Positions 41,885 through 54,511 of a stretch of 64,000 bases of DNA are shown here, piece by piece. This DNA comes from Tubulanus polymorphus. Its lineage: Eukaryota > Animalia > Nemertea. How positions within the stretch are numbered: position 1 is the stretch's first letter; the number at the start of each line of letters is the position of its first letter. Location of the stretch: assembly GCF_964204645.1 (NCBI RefSeq), contig NC_134035.1, forward strand, positions 11,502,451 through 11,566,450, read 5' to 3'. Below the pieces are notes generated by a model. That model searched no databases. It had not been told where the DNA came from and saw only the letters and a program-made list of their open reading frames with translations. The position numbers and the translations under genes are program-made.

Positions 41885-44800
41885 TCATTTCGGCACTAAC
41901 CCTCGCGATTGTGGAAACTCAGCGCCCTCGGACCTTTTCGACGATGTTTTCGGTCTGAAAGACAGTATAAATTCTCATTTTCATGTACATCTTACCTAAT
42001 TGCTTTATTTACTGGTTTTGTACAGCCAAATTATATTTCGTGCTACATTTCAATTGTATCCCAATTGTATTGCTTTTTTACATTCTGTTAAGCGACTTAG
42101 AGCCTTTCAGAATAAGGTACTGTTTTTTTTATAGATATTTTCATATGCTATTATTAACTTAACGTCAATCTTTTTCTTGCAGAGAAAACAAATGCCGAAA
42201 ATAACATTCTTTATGACTCTTAATTCATTAATAGGCACTTTCTTGTTGGTCCCAACGGAGGGAACTTTCATTGTATGATAGTTTATCCAAACTGTAATAG
42301 GACGATTCATGTAAATCAATATTTAGGATTTGATTTTTTGGAAGTGAGAAAATCGCCCGGCAACTGATCATCAGTGTTTAAGGCATTTAGCAGGTATCAG
42401 TCGGCTAATGCCAGAAAGAAAACTCCATGACATACTAAATCTAACTGAAAGATCTAAACATGCATTTGTTTCCACCAGCTACAATCAAACTTAATCAACT
42501 TGCATTGTATCGCGCGTCTGGTTGCTCTAAACTAGTCATTTTCTAATTCTACTTCACTTCCATAATGAAGATATTCCTGAGGAGGAAGAGGTAATAATGT
42601 ATGTAACTCACCTCGCTAGTTTTTCCTTTCTCTTTGTCTTTACTTTGGCTTTGTTACTGAAAACAGCAGGGCTGAAAAAAGCAATGAAAATTATTAAATT
42701 CACAATATGTATGCGATAGTCCATCGAAATTTGTACTTCAAAATAAGCCTTGTTAGTGCTGCAGTATTCTTTGACACATCAAACGAATCATCAATTTTGA
42801 TGCAGATTTCAAAGCAGGAAAATATCCCTCAACTAAAGTTTCAAATAACAGCTTTATACACGACAAAAATAGATGTTATAATCGTAACAGTTTATCCACA
42901 CTATACGAGTCAGGCATTAATTAGGTTTTCTTTAGTTAATATAGTATAGAGTCGACAGTAAAACAGACAGTCGCCGAAATATCATAATACAACTCACCTT
43001 CCGTCGATGTCTAAATCATCTTCATCTTGTAACGCAGCGTCCAGCGCTGCCTGAACACGTGGCGCCACCGCGGGGCCTTCGTAATCTCGAGTTGTTCGGT
43101 TCGGCATGTCCAATTCGACCATCAGGATATTCTCCCCCTATAAACATACACAACGAAGACTTGACACTCATGCGTGAAATACTAGTTTCAAAAGACCGCA
43201 TTCTTTATAGTCTAAACCGATAAAGTTGATTTATAAACCAAATTATTTCTGCGCGAGTCATATTAAATGTATTCACTCCAGACTACCTGATATCTCTAAT
43301 TGCAGTAGTTTTCACCGAAAAGATGAGTAAATTGACATCAAAAATAGTAATCTTATTGAAAATGAACAAGAAAGTATTCTGATTTTGAGAGTATTTCGAT
43401 ATTTTTGGAAGCAGCTCTCAAAAAGATTCAAAACTTCTCTCAAATAGTAGTCGTAGTCAAGTCTGTGTTTTGGACCATTTCTGATACATGCAACGTTCCC
43501 TAATTCGGTAAATTAATTTGCAATTCGTTCCCTATTTTAGATTTTCATTCATGACGCACACTGAGTAATGAATATATTTACCTTATACCGGAAACTGCCG
43601 CCCATACTGTGAGCCATCATACGCGCGTATTCACAAATAGGACGTCTATTACCGACTGCGGATTGCGGTCGTTTGGCCATCGTCATCGGTCTGACAAAAA
43701 GAAAGATTATTGAAATTCAGCGCGACGTGTCAGCAACAGCATTTTCATGCATGTATCAATTTGCAGGCTGCAAGCACACCGGACATTCAAACATTCACCA
43801 CTGAAGTGTTGAGGATTCTCAGAAAGTGCGCGGATAGTGATGCAGATTAACCGAGGTTGACTTTAGTAATCTGTCTTAAACTTTCTCAACACGGGTTGAA
43901 CTTAATTTAGCTGATCTAGATTGCTAACGTGGAGCGGTGTGGCCGAGCGGTTAGAGCGTTCGGCTCTGGGAAGCCAGGTCATGGGTTCGAACCCCGTACA
44001 TTGCCGTAGTGTCCTCGGGCAAGACACTTATCCTCATTGCCTCTCTCCACCCAGGAGTAAATGGGTACCTGGCCTGATAGATGACTCCTGAGCGTTTGTT
44101 AGCAGCTCGGTGTTACGTCTCCCCAGGGAGAGATGACTGATACTTGTTAGAGTATCAAATTGGCCGGGGTAATAATATCGAAAAAATAAAGCGCTCCGAG
44201 CAGCCTGGCTGGATTTAGCGCTATATAAGACACATATTATATATTATTATTATAACTCACCCGCTCTTGGCGTAAGCCATTAACGTCCACGCGTCATTCT
44301 CTTCATCGTACCGCGCACGATTCATTATCTTGTTCTTATCTTCTGGTGGAATGAAATTTTCGATTATAAGTGCTCTGAAAAAGTGCAACGCATACATTCA
44401 CGTAAGATAAACTTATCGCACTAAACTTATCGAAATAACTGCAATACAGTATTTCTTTGCTTTCAATGATAGTCTGTAAAGCAGTTTAGCTCTTCACTCA
44501 ATGCTTACAATACTATAAGAGGTACCATTCATATATTACTGTGAAACCTGGCAATAGACACCAAATGACTACAATACGGCCTTTTTCGATTGTGCCCTGC
44601 TAGATGAAAGCAGGTAATTCTTCTTCCAGTAGAGCAGAATCAAAACTCCACTGCCGCAGAACTTTTTGGGATTTCGAGGAATCGGTATAGCCAGTGGGAA
44701 ATTTTGTAAATTCATTTTTACCCTATCGTAAATTCATCGGTAACTCAATGTATATAAAACTTTACATAATAATTCGTCAAACCATCATCACAATATGGAC

Positions 44801-47800
44801 AAACGGACCCTGTACACATGATTTAATACTTATCCTTTCAAAGAAAATCAAAACTCGGATGAAATGAAGTATACCTGAGTTTCACTTCTCTCGTCAACTC
44901 GTTCAGCGTTTGTTCAAGTTCTTGGCGTTCGCGGATGTGTTCCTCTTGCAGATCGCTCACCTCCGCTTTACACTGATTCAGTTTGATGAACAGTTTCTTC
45001 AGTTTCTTCGTCTTGACGTCGACCTCTTGTTGTAAACTGCTGTACGTCTCCTGCAACTCGACGACCGCCTCGTCTTTCTCCTCTAACGTCTGAGCCATTT
45101 CTCGTTCCAAACGCTGAAGACGAAATACAATTCAACTTTGTAGAGAATATTTCCGGTAATGATCTGATGATGATTTTCCCAGCAAAATAAGTCAGGGTGG
45201 CCACTTTCCACCCGTTTACAAATACCGCAAGTTAGCCCTAACTTTTCCTGTGATTACACAAAATTCCCCGAGTGAATGAGAGAAACATCTAGGTTTAAAA
45301 TATTACAATTCACTCATTTTTCATTGAATCTCGTATTGACAAAGAAACACGTGGTACATAGAATTATCCGTATTCCCTTTTCCAGGTATTTGATAAAATT
45401 TGTCCTTTCCCAGATTTTTTTCTGATTCCCTGAATGTCCAGGTTTTCCAGGTCAGTGGCCACCATGTTGACTAAGATTTGCTTGAAAATTGGCCGCTTAA
45501 AAACCACAATCTCAACAATTTTAAGATAATCTCAATTTCGAACCTGTTTCTCAGCGATTTCTTGTCGCCTCTGTTCCAGCGCCCTCTGCTGTTCATTCGT
45601 GTGATCGACGATATTTTTACCGCCCATCAACAACTTGCTCTGCATCGCTTTGATTTTGTTCATCAGAGCGTCTTTCATTTCGCTTTCTTTCTTAAGAACG
45701 TCTTCTTTCTCTTGTAAATCACCGAGTAGTTTTTGCTTTTCCTGAAAAAATACTTCGCGAGTTTAAACATGCAATCAAAGTGCCTTTTAAGTATCCGTAT
45801 CCGCGACAGTCGACAGTTACTTGCAGGGGAAGTGAGTGACCATTGAAAGTGTCTGGGGGCCAGTTGCTTAAAAGTTGGTTAGAGTTAACCAGTGGATAGT
45901 TCACATATTGATTATCAAGTCTATTTCTAACCAACTTCTGAGCAACCGCCCAAGAGTTTTCTAATGCCGAGTGTCTTCAAATTCAACCAAACTTTTTTAC
46001 AGCAATGAAACATATGTAATTATAACAGATTATATCTCCATGATGTACAGGGGCCGGTTGCTCAAAAGTTGGTTAGAGTTAACCAGTGGATAGTTGATAT
46101 GGTGACAATTGAAATTTCATTGTTACTATGGTATTTAACGGCCGGTTATCTTTAACCAGTTTTTGAGCAACTGGCCCCAGTAATTGAAATATTTAACCAT
46201 GCGTTTGTTTACAATCAGCTAAAATCGAACTCAATCGAAATGAAATTGCCTTAAATAGCGCAAGTTTTTGTCAAGTATTATCATAGTTTCAATGCGCTCA
46301 CTGACCTCTTCAATTAGCGATTTGTTGTTGAGAATATCTTGTTTTTCTTTCTCTAGTTTATCTTCTTGCTCTTTACGGAATGCTTCAGCGTCGGCCTCCT
46401 CATCGCCCTCTTCACCTTCGACGTCATCTTCGCTACTGTCGCCGTCAACAAGCTCACCTGAAGTTATCATGTCAAGTAGCTAATCTCGGTCAATGAAATT
46501 AATTTCAGGATAGACTTCATTTATGACAGGTCACATTCCAAAACTAATACAGCAGACTCCTCCTTAGTCAGTCCTGTTTGAGTCAGTAAATTTTACTAAA
46601 ATTCATTCGATTAAACCATAGAATAAAACCTTAAACCACCCTCGTTGATTGTTGTTGGCTTGGTATTTGGGCAACACACGTTGATATTCACAGTCCCAAT
46701 GCTACCGCGTGAGGTGGAGTTGGCTGTACATTTTTTTACGCCGATATATTATCTCATTTCAAGCCTTTACGACGTGACGTTTACTTAAAATTTGGATCAT
46801 AGAACATCTGCAGAGTTTAACAAAACATCTGCCTAATTTAGTGTTAGGAAAAAGTAAACTTCAGAATCTCGGTATCCCGATAGCTGTCTGAAACTGAACC
46901 ACATCTTTTCCAATATCCGTAGATAATGTGCTATTAACCTGTAGATGTTGCACGTACGTACCATCTTTCCCACGCTTTTTCTTTTTGCGATGTTTTTTCT
47001 TCGCACCCGGACCTCGATGTTCCAACTGACCTTTGAGTCTGAAAGAGGCCGTATTCATAATTCACTCACTGGCTTATATCAAATTAAACAAAATTACTGC
47101 AGATTTGGGTCGAGACAAGTCGTATCATACCTGGCAATTTCTTCTTGGAATTCGCGCAAAAGCGCATCTTTGGGATCCTCGTTGATCTTCGGTTTGTTTT
47201 TTATATGTTTCGCGCGATTCGCGTATCGAAGAGTGCTGAGCGTTTCGTCGTAGTTATAACTCGCTGGTCCGATGTTCGCGACCATCACTGTTTTAGCATT
47301 TCCACCGAGTGAATCTACAAAACCAGAAACAACCGATTCTACTTCATAATACTAACACAAGTAGGGCATTACTTATGCCCCCCCCCGATGATTTTATAGG
47401 GAGGCGACTATTTTTTTGACATGGTTTTTCTCTGACTATCCCCTGACATGTATATTGTTTTCGGTGACTTGATCTGCTACGAAGCCAATAAAGTAACACA
47501 GTCAAATACGTAATACATAGATGAAAACTGATTAAACGCATGGTATAGAAATTTCAACATATTTTCCTGAACTATCCTGACATGTAGCCTTTTTACTGAA
47601 TTCCCTGACAATTTCCTGACTGTTCTAAAGAAAAGTCCCCCTACATACCAGTATGTAACCACTTAGGGGGTAATGGTACGATTCAAAACACATTTCCTTC
47701 ATTTTGGGATCAAAAGGATACTATGATCCAGTAAAATAATTACACAAGCACAATTAATCGTCCCCACCCCTTATTTTCTGCTAAACAAACAATTGTTATG

Positions 47801-50800
47801 AAAATCTTAAACGAGTGACTCCTCATAGTGTTTGTGGGATATAAGTACCACCGGTGAATTAGTATCGGACAGCAATGAAATAATATATTTTACTTCAATA
47901 TTTTAGCAGCGTCCGACAGTCGTTTTATTTACCTTGTAGTAATCGCGTTAGTTTGGAATCTCTGTACGGGGTGTGAGTGCTCTTTCCATCGACTAGCGCC
48001 GAAATCACGTTTCCCAAAGCCGACAAAGACAAGTTAATCTTCGTCGCCTCCTTCAATCGATCGCCCTGGAACAAATGTCAGATCGTTTTTCAATAACAGG
48101 ACTGCCACCGGTTTCAAAATAATATTTTCTTAACCCTTTCAATGAGTTTTCACCGCAATACAGATATATAAATCCGTGATGGACTTAGCTAGTACATAGC
48201 ACTGAGGTGTATTGACGCAATTAGTAATTAGTTTTTACCTCTAATATATGATGGCAAACACAGTTGAATATTAGTAACTAACAACGCACTGGAGTTTATT
48301 TTTTTTATTTCAAAAATTATCTCCAGCACTTTTGATTAGTCAGCGCTGAAAAGTTTTTTTAAGGACCAAAAAGCAATGCTCATATTCTCTATTACTAGCT
48401 ATGTATCTACCTTAGCACCGGTTTTGGCTTGTCGTTCACTTCCGGCCAAATCGACCAGGTTCAATTTTCCGACGCGAATGTGATTTTTACCGTCGGGGCC
48501 GAGCTGAAAATAGATAAACTCGAAGTTTAAGCAGTACTTTTTCATTGGTTTAAGGCTGTTTCTTTTGTTGTTGTTGAAGATTGTTTTCACTGACCTCGCT
48601 GCATTCGACTGTGATGATGAATATGGCGTGCGATCGGGAACTGTGTTCGTTCATATTCGTGGCCCTGAAATGAAAGAAATGTCCGCATAAACCCCAATCA
48701 GCGTTGACTTCCCTTCTCTAAACCAACTAGGCCTAGCTGTCTTCATCATATCACTCCTCTATTGTAATGCCAACATTTTCATGTCTTTAGTTAGTAATAT
48801 TTTCTTATGTAAATGAAATATCATTTTTTCACTGAAAAATCTGATCACCAGTATTAGAAAGCAGCGTATGTGAGTTGGGAGATGGTCATGTTGCAGTAAA
48901 GTAGAACATGTGCGACTCACTGCAACTGGCCTTGCTTAGGTCAACAGGTCATAGCGATGCAACTGCTGCTGACGATCGTGGCAGCAGAGAATCACGTTGT
49001 AATCAGTTGCTGGCAGTCGCAAGGCCAACCTATGTCTGCTATTAAAGGTTTATCTCCTATGTACTAAAGTACAGAGACTTGAATCGAAGAATATGAAATA
49101 CTGCGCCTGTGTGTGTAATATAACAGCCACAAATCCTGCATACTGTTATCTTAACATCTCCATACACAGTTTATCCTCAACTCATCCAACAGTAAACTTA
49201 CCCCACTGATCTGTTTTGATTTCCTACGTTCATCACGTGTTCGATCTCTTTTACACTTTTCGTCACAAACGACGACAGATCCTAATTTCATGAAATATAT
49301 TCGAAAAATACACAATTACCATACTACATTAATTGAACTTAACTTTGCGAAATTGTGAATGTTGATCTTGGCTGGACAGATTAGCTTTTTTCTATATAAT
49401 CTCAAGGGGCCATTTGTACAGTGAGTTAGACTTGAGACCAGTCAAAGACCAAATTAGTTCTATAGTCAATCAAAAAAGTTAAGACCAATCTTAAGATTTA
49501 GGCTGACTTCTGGACTTATGGTGAGTCAGGATTATGCAAATGGGCCCTGCACAATTTCATAAATTGGGTATCACTCTAACCCTGGGCCCAGTTTCACAAA
49601 AAGGTTTAACTCTTAAATCGATTTAATTTCTTCATTAATTCAGTTTATCTTAAATCGATTTAGGCCTTAATCATTTTTGTGAAACTGGGCCCTGGGGATA
49701 AATTCTAAGTAAGTATTTTACTCCTCTAAACCAAATTTTGTATCGTTTGTGACTTATTATTCCTTACACACTAACACAATATCGCCGCAAAAGAAAACTC
49801 ATACCTTGACGTAAACCCCGGTGTCCGGGCGTTCTTTCAACTCGAGCCGTTTCGACTGATCTTTCGACAGCAAATCGCGAACTTCCTCCTGATAAATCTC
49901 CAGGTACGAAGCACGCACGAGGTATTGCTGGTTCTCCGATCGTCCGATGAACTGGAATATGTGCTCGAACGAGTTCGGTATCACGCCGCGTAAAACCGGA
50001 TCATTTTTGACGCCTTTGATGAAATAATGAAAAGAGCAAGAAATATTTATTCCTTATTTCTGATTTCTCGATGCGGGTAGTCAACAGGGTCCCTAAATAT
50101 GATCTGTCTTCCTGGATATAAGGAGTTTTCAAGGAGACAATTTCGAATTTAGAGGAAATGTCTGCATCACTTTTATATCCCATATTAGTAATATGTGAAT
50201 ATTGCGTACTTAATTGTGAGGCCTTAAAAACAGATCTGAATGAATCTCAATTGGTAAAACAAAACTGGTCAATCCCTTTCACGTGATCTGAGTATTTATA
50301 AAATGGCTTAAGATTTAATACTACAGGACCCAGTTCCACAGTTGTGAGTTAAGAGTTAACTCTGAGTTAAAGTTAGTTCATTTTCGATGTTTTAACTCAG
50401 AGTCAAATCTTAACTCACGACTGTGGAACTGGACCCAGTAGACTCCGTCCAAGTAGGATCCAATCAACTCAGATAATCGTTTGACTCGGATGTTTTTGGA
50501 AAAAATACATAACATCTAACTCGGATATCACTCAAATCAGAAACAATCCCAACAAAATATCCGACTTGAGTGAAGTCTACTGTATCTACAATTCTAGACA
50601 GTATTCATACAATTCATACCTTGCATAGTGAATGTTTTACCGGTACCGGTTTGTCCGTACGCGAAGATTGTCCCGTTAAAGCCATCTAAAACTGATTGAA
50701 CTAAACCTCGAAACGTTTCATCGTACAAATCCTGCTGCGTTGAGCTACGAAAAAAACATTTTAAATCATCGATTAGATTTTTTTTCCACAAATTTTCCCA

Positions 50801-52791
50801 CTGAGCGCATTATTAGCACCCCCGATAAACCACTCCCACCAACTTTCATCTTAGAACTAGTCGAAATTAAGCTTTGAATTAGCGGTATATAATCATAATT
50901 CGGGACAAGTTGCTCAAAATTTTTTTAGAGTTATTCGGTGGATAGTTGACAAAGTGACAAAAGTTCATTGTTTCCACTGTGTCCATCCGACGACTATCTT
51001 TAACCAACTTTCCAGCATCTGGCCCCAGTTTTGTAAAACCGAAATTAAAATTTTAATCAAACGTAATCATAATTCAGGGTTGCTCAAAAATTTGGTTAGA
51101 GTTATTCAGTGGATAGTCGACAATTAAATATTTATTGTTTCCACTGTATAGATCCAATTGTTATCATCTTAAACCAACTTTCGAACATCCGGCCCCAGTT
51201 TTGTAAAACCAGGCCGCGACTCGTTACTTACTTCCAGTCGTAAACGCAATCGAATGTGAATTGTTTTCCTGGTTCGGTGTTGCCGTTTTTCGGATTTTTA
51301 ATGTCGATCGAACCTCGTTTTACGTCCATTTCAACGACCCTGCGAAAAACGAAGGGCGAACACGTCGTTAACAAATAAACGATATTTGTGAGATTGTATT
51401 GAAGACTGATAAAACAAGAGGACCACGCGGTCCCTTCGGTCGGAGATAGATGTTTAAAATTGATAAGTGGATAAGGAGATGGTCAGTTTTTTTGTTAGTG
51501 ACAACAAATTTAAGTTTCTCAATAAATTTTTGTTCTATAACGCAACGCCATGTACAGAATTTTATTTCATTTCATCTGTCAACCTATGAGTCGGTCTAAC
51601 ACGAGCCGGGACGCCTTCTAACACGGCCTTTGAAGTGTTGCCCGCACACTGTAAGCAGCCAGTAGACTCGAACCCACTTGTCACTCAGCACTGACAGTGT
51701 ATGCAACAGCATCACGCCTTATCTCACCGAGCTCGGGATAACTCTTCATTACTGAGAACCAACTTAAAACCGACAGAAACAATTCACTGATTAGGAGGCC
51801 CTTCATGCGCCTTTCAATAATTCATCGGGATTTTGGGAACCTAAATACAACAGGCTATGATAACAGGCTAAGCTAGGATCAGAGATACAGGAAAATGACG
51901 GGTACAGGCATTTTCTGTCGGAATATAAGTTCTATATGATACAGCATTATAATAGGACTATATCCATGGCAAGGAGTGTTGTTTGGTCAACGGCAAGATT
52001 TCTACTAATGTCTATTTCAACTTGACTTGAGAGCATTCCAGGTGGCCTAGCTCAGTCAGTTTTTGTGGTACACACCTGATAAAAGTCTTATTAGGACCAG
52101 AAAGCATTGGCAGTCGACCTAAAACATCATTTTTTAATCCATTTGAAACTGTATTGAAGGATATCCAAAAAGTCTTCACTGAAAGGGGTTAAATAAAGAT
52201 ATTTGACTCAATGATTTTTTTTGAATCATGGAGTCTCATTCAGTGCTTTCTGGTCGTAGTGAGACGGTATGCTCTCAAGTCAGGTTGAAATAGACATAAG
52301 ATGCAATTTCGATACAGTCTTCGATCTAAAAAACAAACCTATAGTGACTGGCGGCTATTTCTTTCTCATCCATCGGTCGACATCTCACGACGACCTTCAC
52401 GCATTCATCTGACTTCGGCGGTTTCACAGACTGAAATACAACAAATCAATGGCTTATATTCCAACAAGAAATTAAACATCGGCACGTATTACAAACAAGG
52501 ACTACTGAACTGTTTTTGGAACCAGATTTCGAATGCAAACATAACAACACATTTCGATTTCAATTGTGGTGGTCGCACTTTAAGTAGCAATTTCAGCGAT
52601 GAAGACATTATAATTCATATTCCAATTTAGACCTACAAATTCTTAGAATAAATTGAATATCTCATTCATTGCAGAAAGAAAATACGAAACAACAAAAAAT
52701 TCTCGATTTCGGATTTTAAAGCCATATCGACATCGTTCCCCTCACTAAACCTAAAGTGAACCTAGCTGGAGCCTATAGATTTTCTTACCAT
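41885..52791 (-). CDS. KIF3B: Kinesin-2 motor subunit KIF3B/KRP95; ATG-only coding exon at 52791 (alternative at 53002), then exons 52430-52339, 51339-51232, 50744-50620, 50013-49805, 49281-49202, 48664-48595, 48503-48411, 48065-47933, 47314-47131, 47038-46962, 46457-46306, 45741-45544, 45113-44875, 44374-44261, 43690-43582, 43137-42998, 42671-42612, 41954-41885
   Basis: [28 protein letters not shown] (P-loop), [41 protein letters not shown], coiled-coil stalk, C-terminus [10 protein letters not shown] typical of KIF3B. Confidence 0.95.
43930..44254 (+). mobile_element. tRNA-derived SINE, apparently full length
   Basis: A box TGGCCGAGCGG, B box GGTTCGAACCC, central CCCAGGAGTAAATGGGTACC domain, (TAT)n tail; second copy elsewhere in the window. 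Confidence 0.85.
46051..46177. mobile_element. Harbinger/PIF-type MITE (copies near 45855-45950, 50900-51027, 51075-51197)
   Basis: TIR GGGCCGGTTGCTCAAAA / TTTTGAGCAACTGGCCC with CAG target duplication. Confidence 0.75.
49585..49691. mobile_element. Harbinger/PIF-type MITE (related copy at about 895-1023)
   Basis: TIR GGCCCAGTTTCACAAAAA with CTG target duplication. Confidence 0.75.
50327..50435. mobile_element. Harbinger/PIF-type MITE
   Basis: TIR CCAGTTCCACAG.. palindromic arms with CAG target duplication. Confidence 0.7.
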
Positions 52792-53916
52792 GCTGAAAGC
52801 AGAGGTTAGTTAAGTTTGATCTAAATTATCTCGTCGTCGACGCCGTCAACACGAGACGACGGAGTTCATATTTTGACGATTTCACGAATTTTTTGACAGA
52901 AATCAGGAAATGGAATTCATTCTTGAGAATACGGAATACGGCGACGGGTACTGGGCGCCGCAATTGGAAGCGTGACCGGACAAATTATCCGGTGCTTACC
53001 ATAGAGGTTGGCTCCGAGTGAAGGCCGTCGCAGTCCGTCCCATCCGTGCACATTCAAATTCAAAATTACTTTATTACACCTTAATATTTACAAAGCACAT
53101 CACTTCTTCGGCAGGGGCTTTTATTTGAAGTTTGGGGTGAAGTTTAGCTTAAATCATCCAGTGTTTAGAACAGAATATAAGTATTTACAATACTTACAAG
53201 ATCAAACACTTGGAATAGCCGCTCGAAATTTGGCGCCTTTTTTGGTCGAAAATTCGAGTTACATATGCCGCTATAGCTACGATCCTAATACATCCACTTT
53301 TCGGGGTTCTATTAAGATCTTTATCGCTTTTTATTGCTACCAAAATAAACAGAATTGCTTTATGATGACAGCTATCGGGAGATAAAGCTAGTCAGCAGCC
53401 TTATCGAGCCATTTTAAATTGCACTGGTGTTTCTAGAATTGACAATATTTCATAATGCTGAGTGATATCTGTTTAAGTAATATCTCCGTAATTAGTCATC
53501 TATGTTTTTCAGTGCCTAGCAATCCATGTATACATAGTTCCTTTATTACTAAAAAGAAATAGCGGGGAACTCAGAAAATATTTTAATTATTAATGATAAC
53601 CATAGTATTTTGCCTAAAGCGTTGTCGAAGTCGAGTGTGAAACGTTGTATTGGAATTGACGATGGATGTTCTTCTTCACCGTGAATGGAAAAGTGCTTTG
53701 TGTTGCTTGATCACTAAAAATCTTCACCGGCGAAACAGTAAACAGTTAAAACAATCCGTTAAGTGATTTACTCGCAGTTTTATTGAATCATATCATAACA
53801 CGAGATTTGAAATCCGAGTTACAAATATAAATTCAGGTTCGGTTTCATAATCGGATATTTCCCAAATCACCACAAATATATCCCATTATGAATTCGTAAC
53901 GCCGACGATTCGGTCA

Positions 53917-54511
53917 CTAAGAACACAATTTTCCGGTACTGCAATTGCGACTGCAACAGTCGTTATCATGACTACAGGCTCTGACATTGCTGCTGCAAGC
54001 TATATTTCAGTTTCAAAGAAAAAGAAATTCAAAATTAATTTTGAAGTAAAACAGGTTTTATTTATCTGAAATTGAAAAAAAAATAATTGAAACCCCGGTT
54101 GTAGGACTGGTGATGATCCCAATAACGATGAGGATGACATGCCCTATGTCCATGTCGACCATTCAGACAAACACGGGGCCTGGTTTTATAGACTGCTAGT
54201 TAAATCCTGACCAGTCTATAAAAAATCGCCTCCGGCATGCCCTTTCGCTGGGGTCTTATTTCCATATTGATTATGAATTCAACGTGGGCAATAAATCTTT
54301 GTCAGCATATAAGACGTATGTAATATTATCTGTGAAATGCAATTCATCAAATTAATTCGTTCAATCGATAAACAACTACTAAGTGTTTACTGATAATTTG
54401 CGAATTTAATTTATATTATTTTCTCAGTTGTTACTCACTTTGAGGATCATAAACACTGAGCACAATCACAAAACCAATAGCACATACACGACGTATCACA
54501 TCAAAAATCAT
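53917..54511 (-). CDS. Secreted knottin (ICK, C-C-CC-C-C) peptide precursor, copy 1; exons 54511-54439 and 53999-53917; MIFDVIRRVCAIGFVIVLSVYDPQT-CSSNVRACSHDNDCCSRNCSTGKLCS
   Basis: Hydrophobic N-terminal exon ending A|GTGAGT, phase-1 acceptor ATATAG|CT, six-Cys knot spacing, TAG stop, AATAAA at 53779-53784; upstream non-coding exon donor near 55165 and TATAAA near 55264-55269. Confidence 0.8.

Noticed and set aside
43930-44000. tRNA gene
   Set aside because: A/B boxes continue into a SINE body and tail, with a second copy in the window; no clean cloverleaf
53886-53987. Alternative frame MSEPVVMITTVAVAIAVPENC.. in the knottin exon
   Set aside because: Does not match the phase of the signal exon; the Cys-knot frame explains the conservation better
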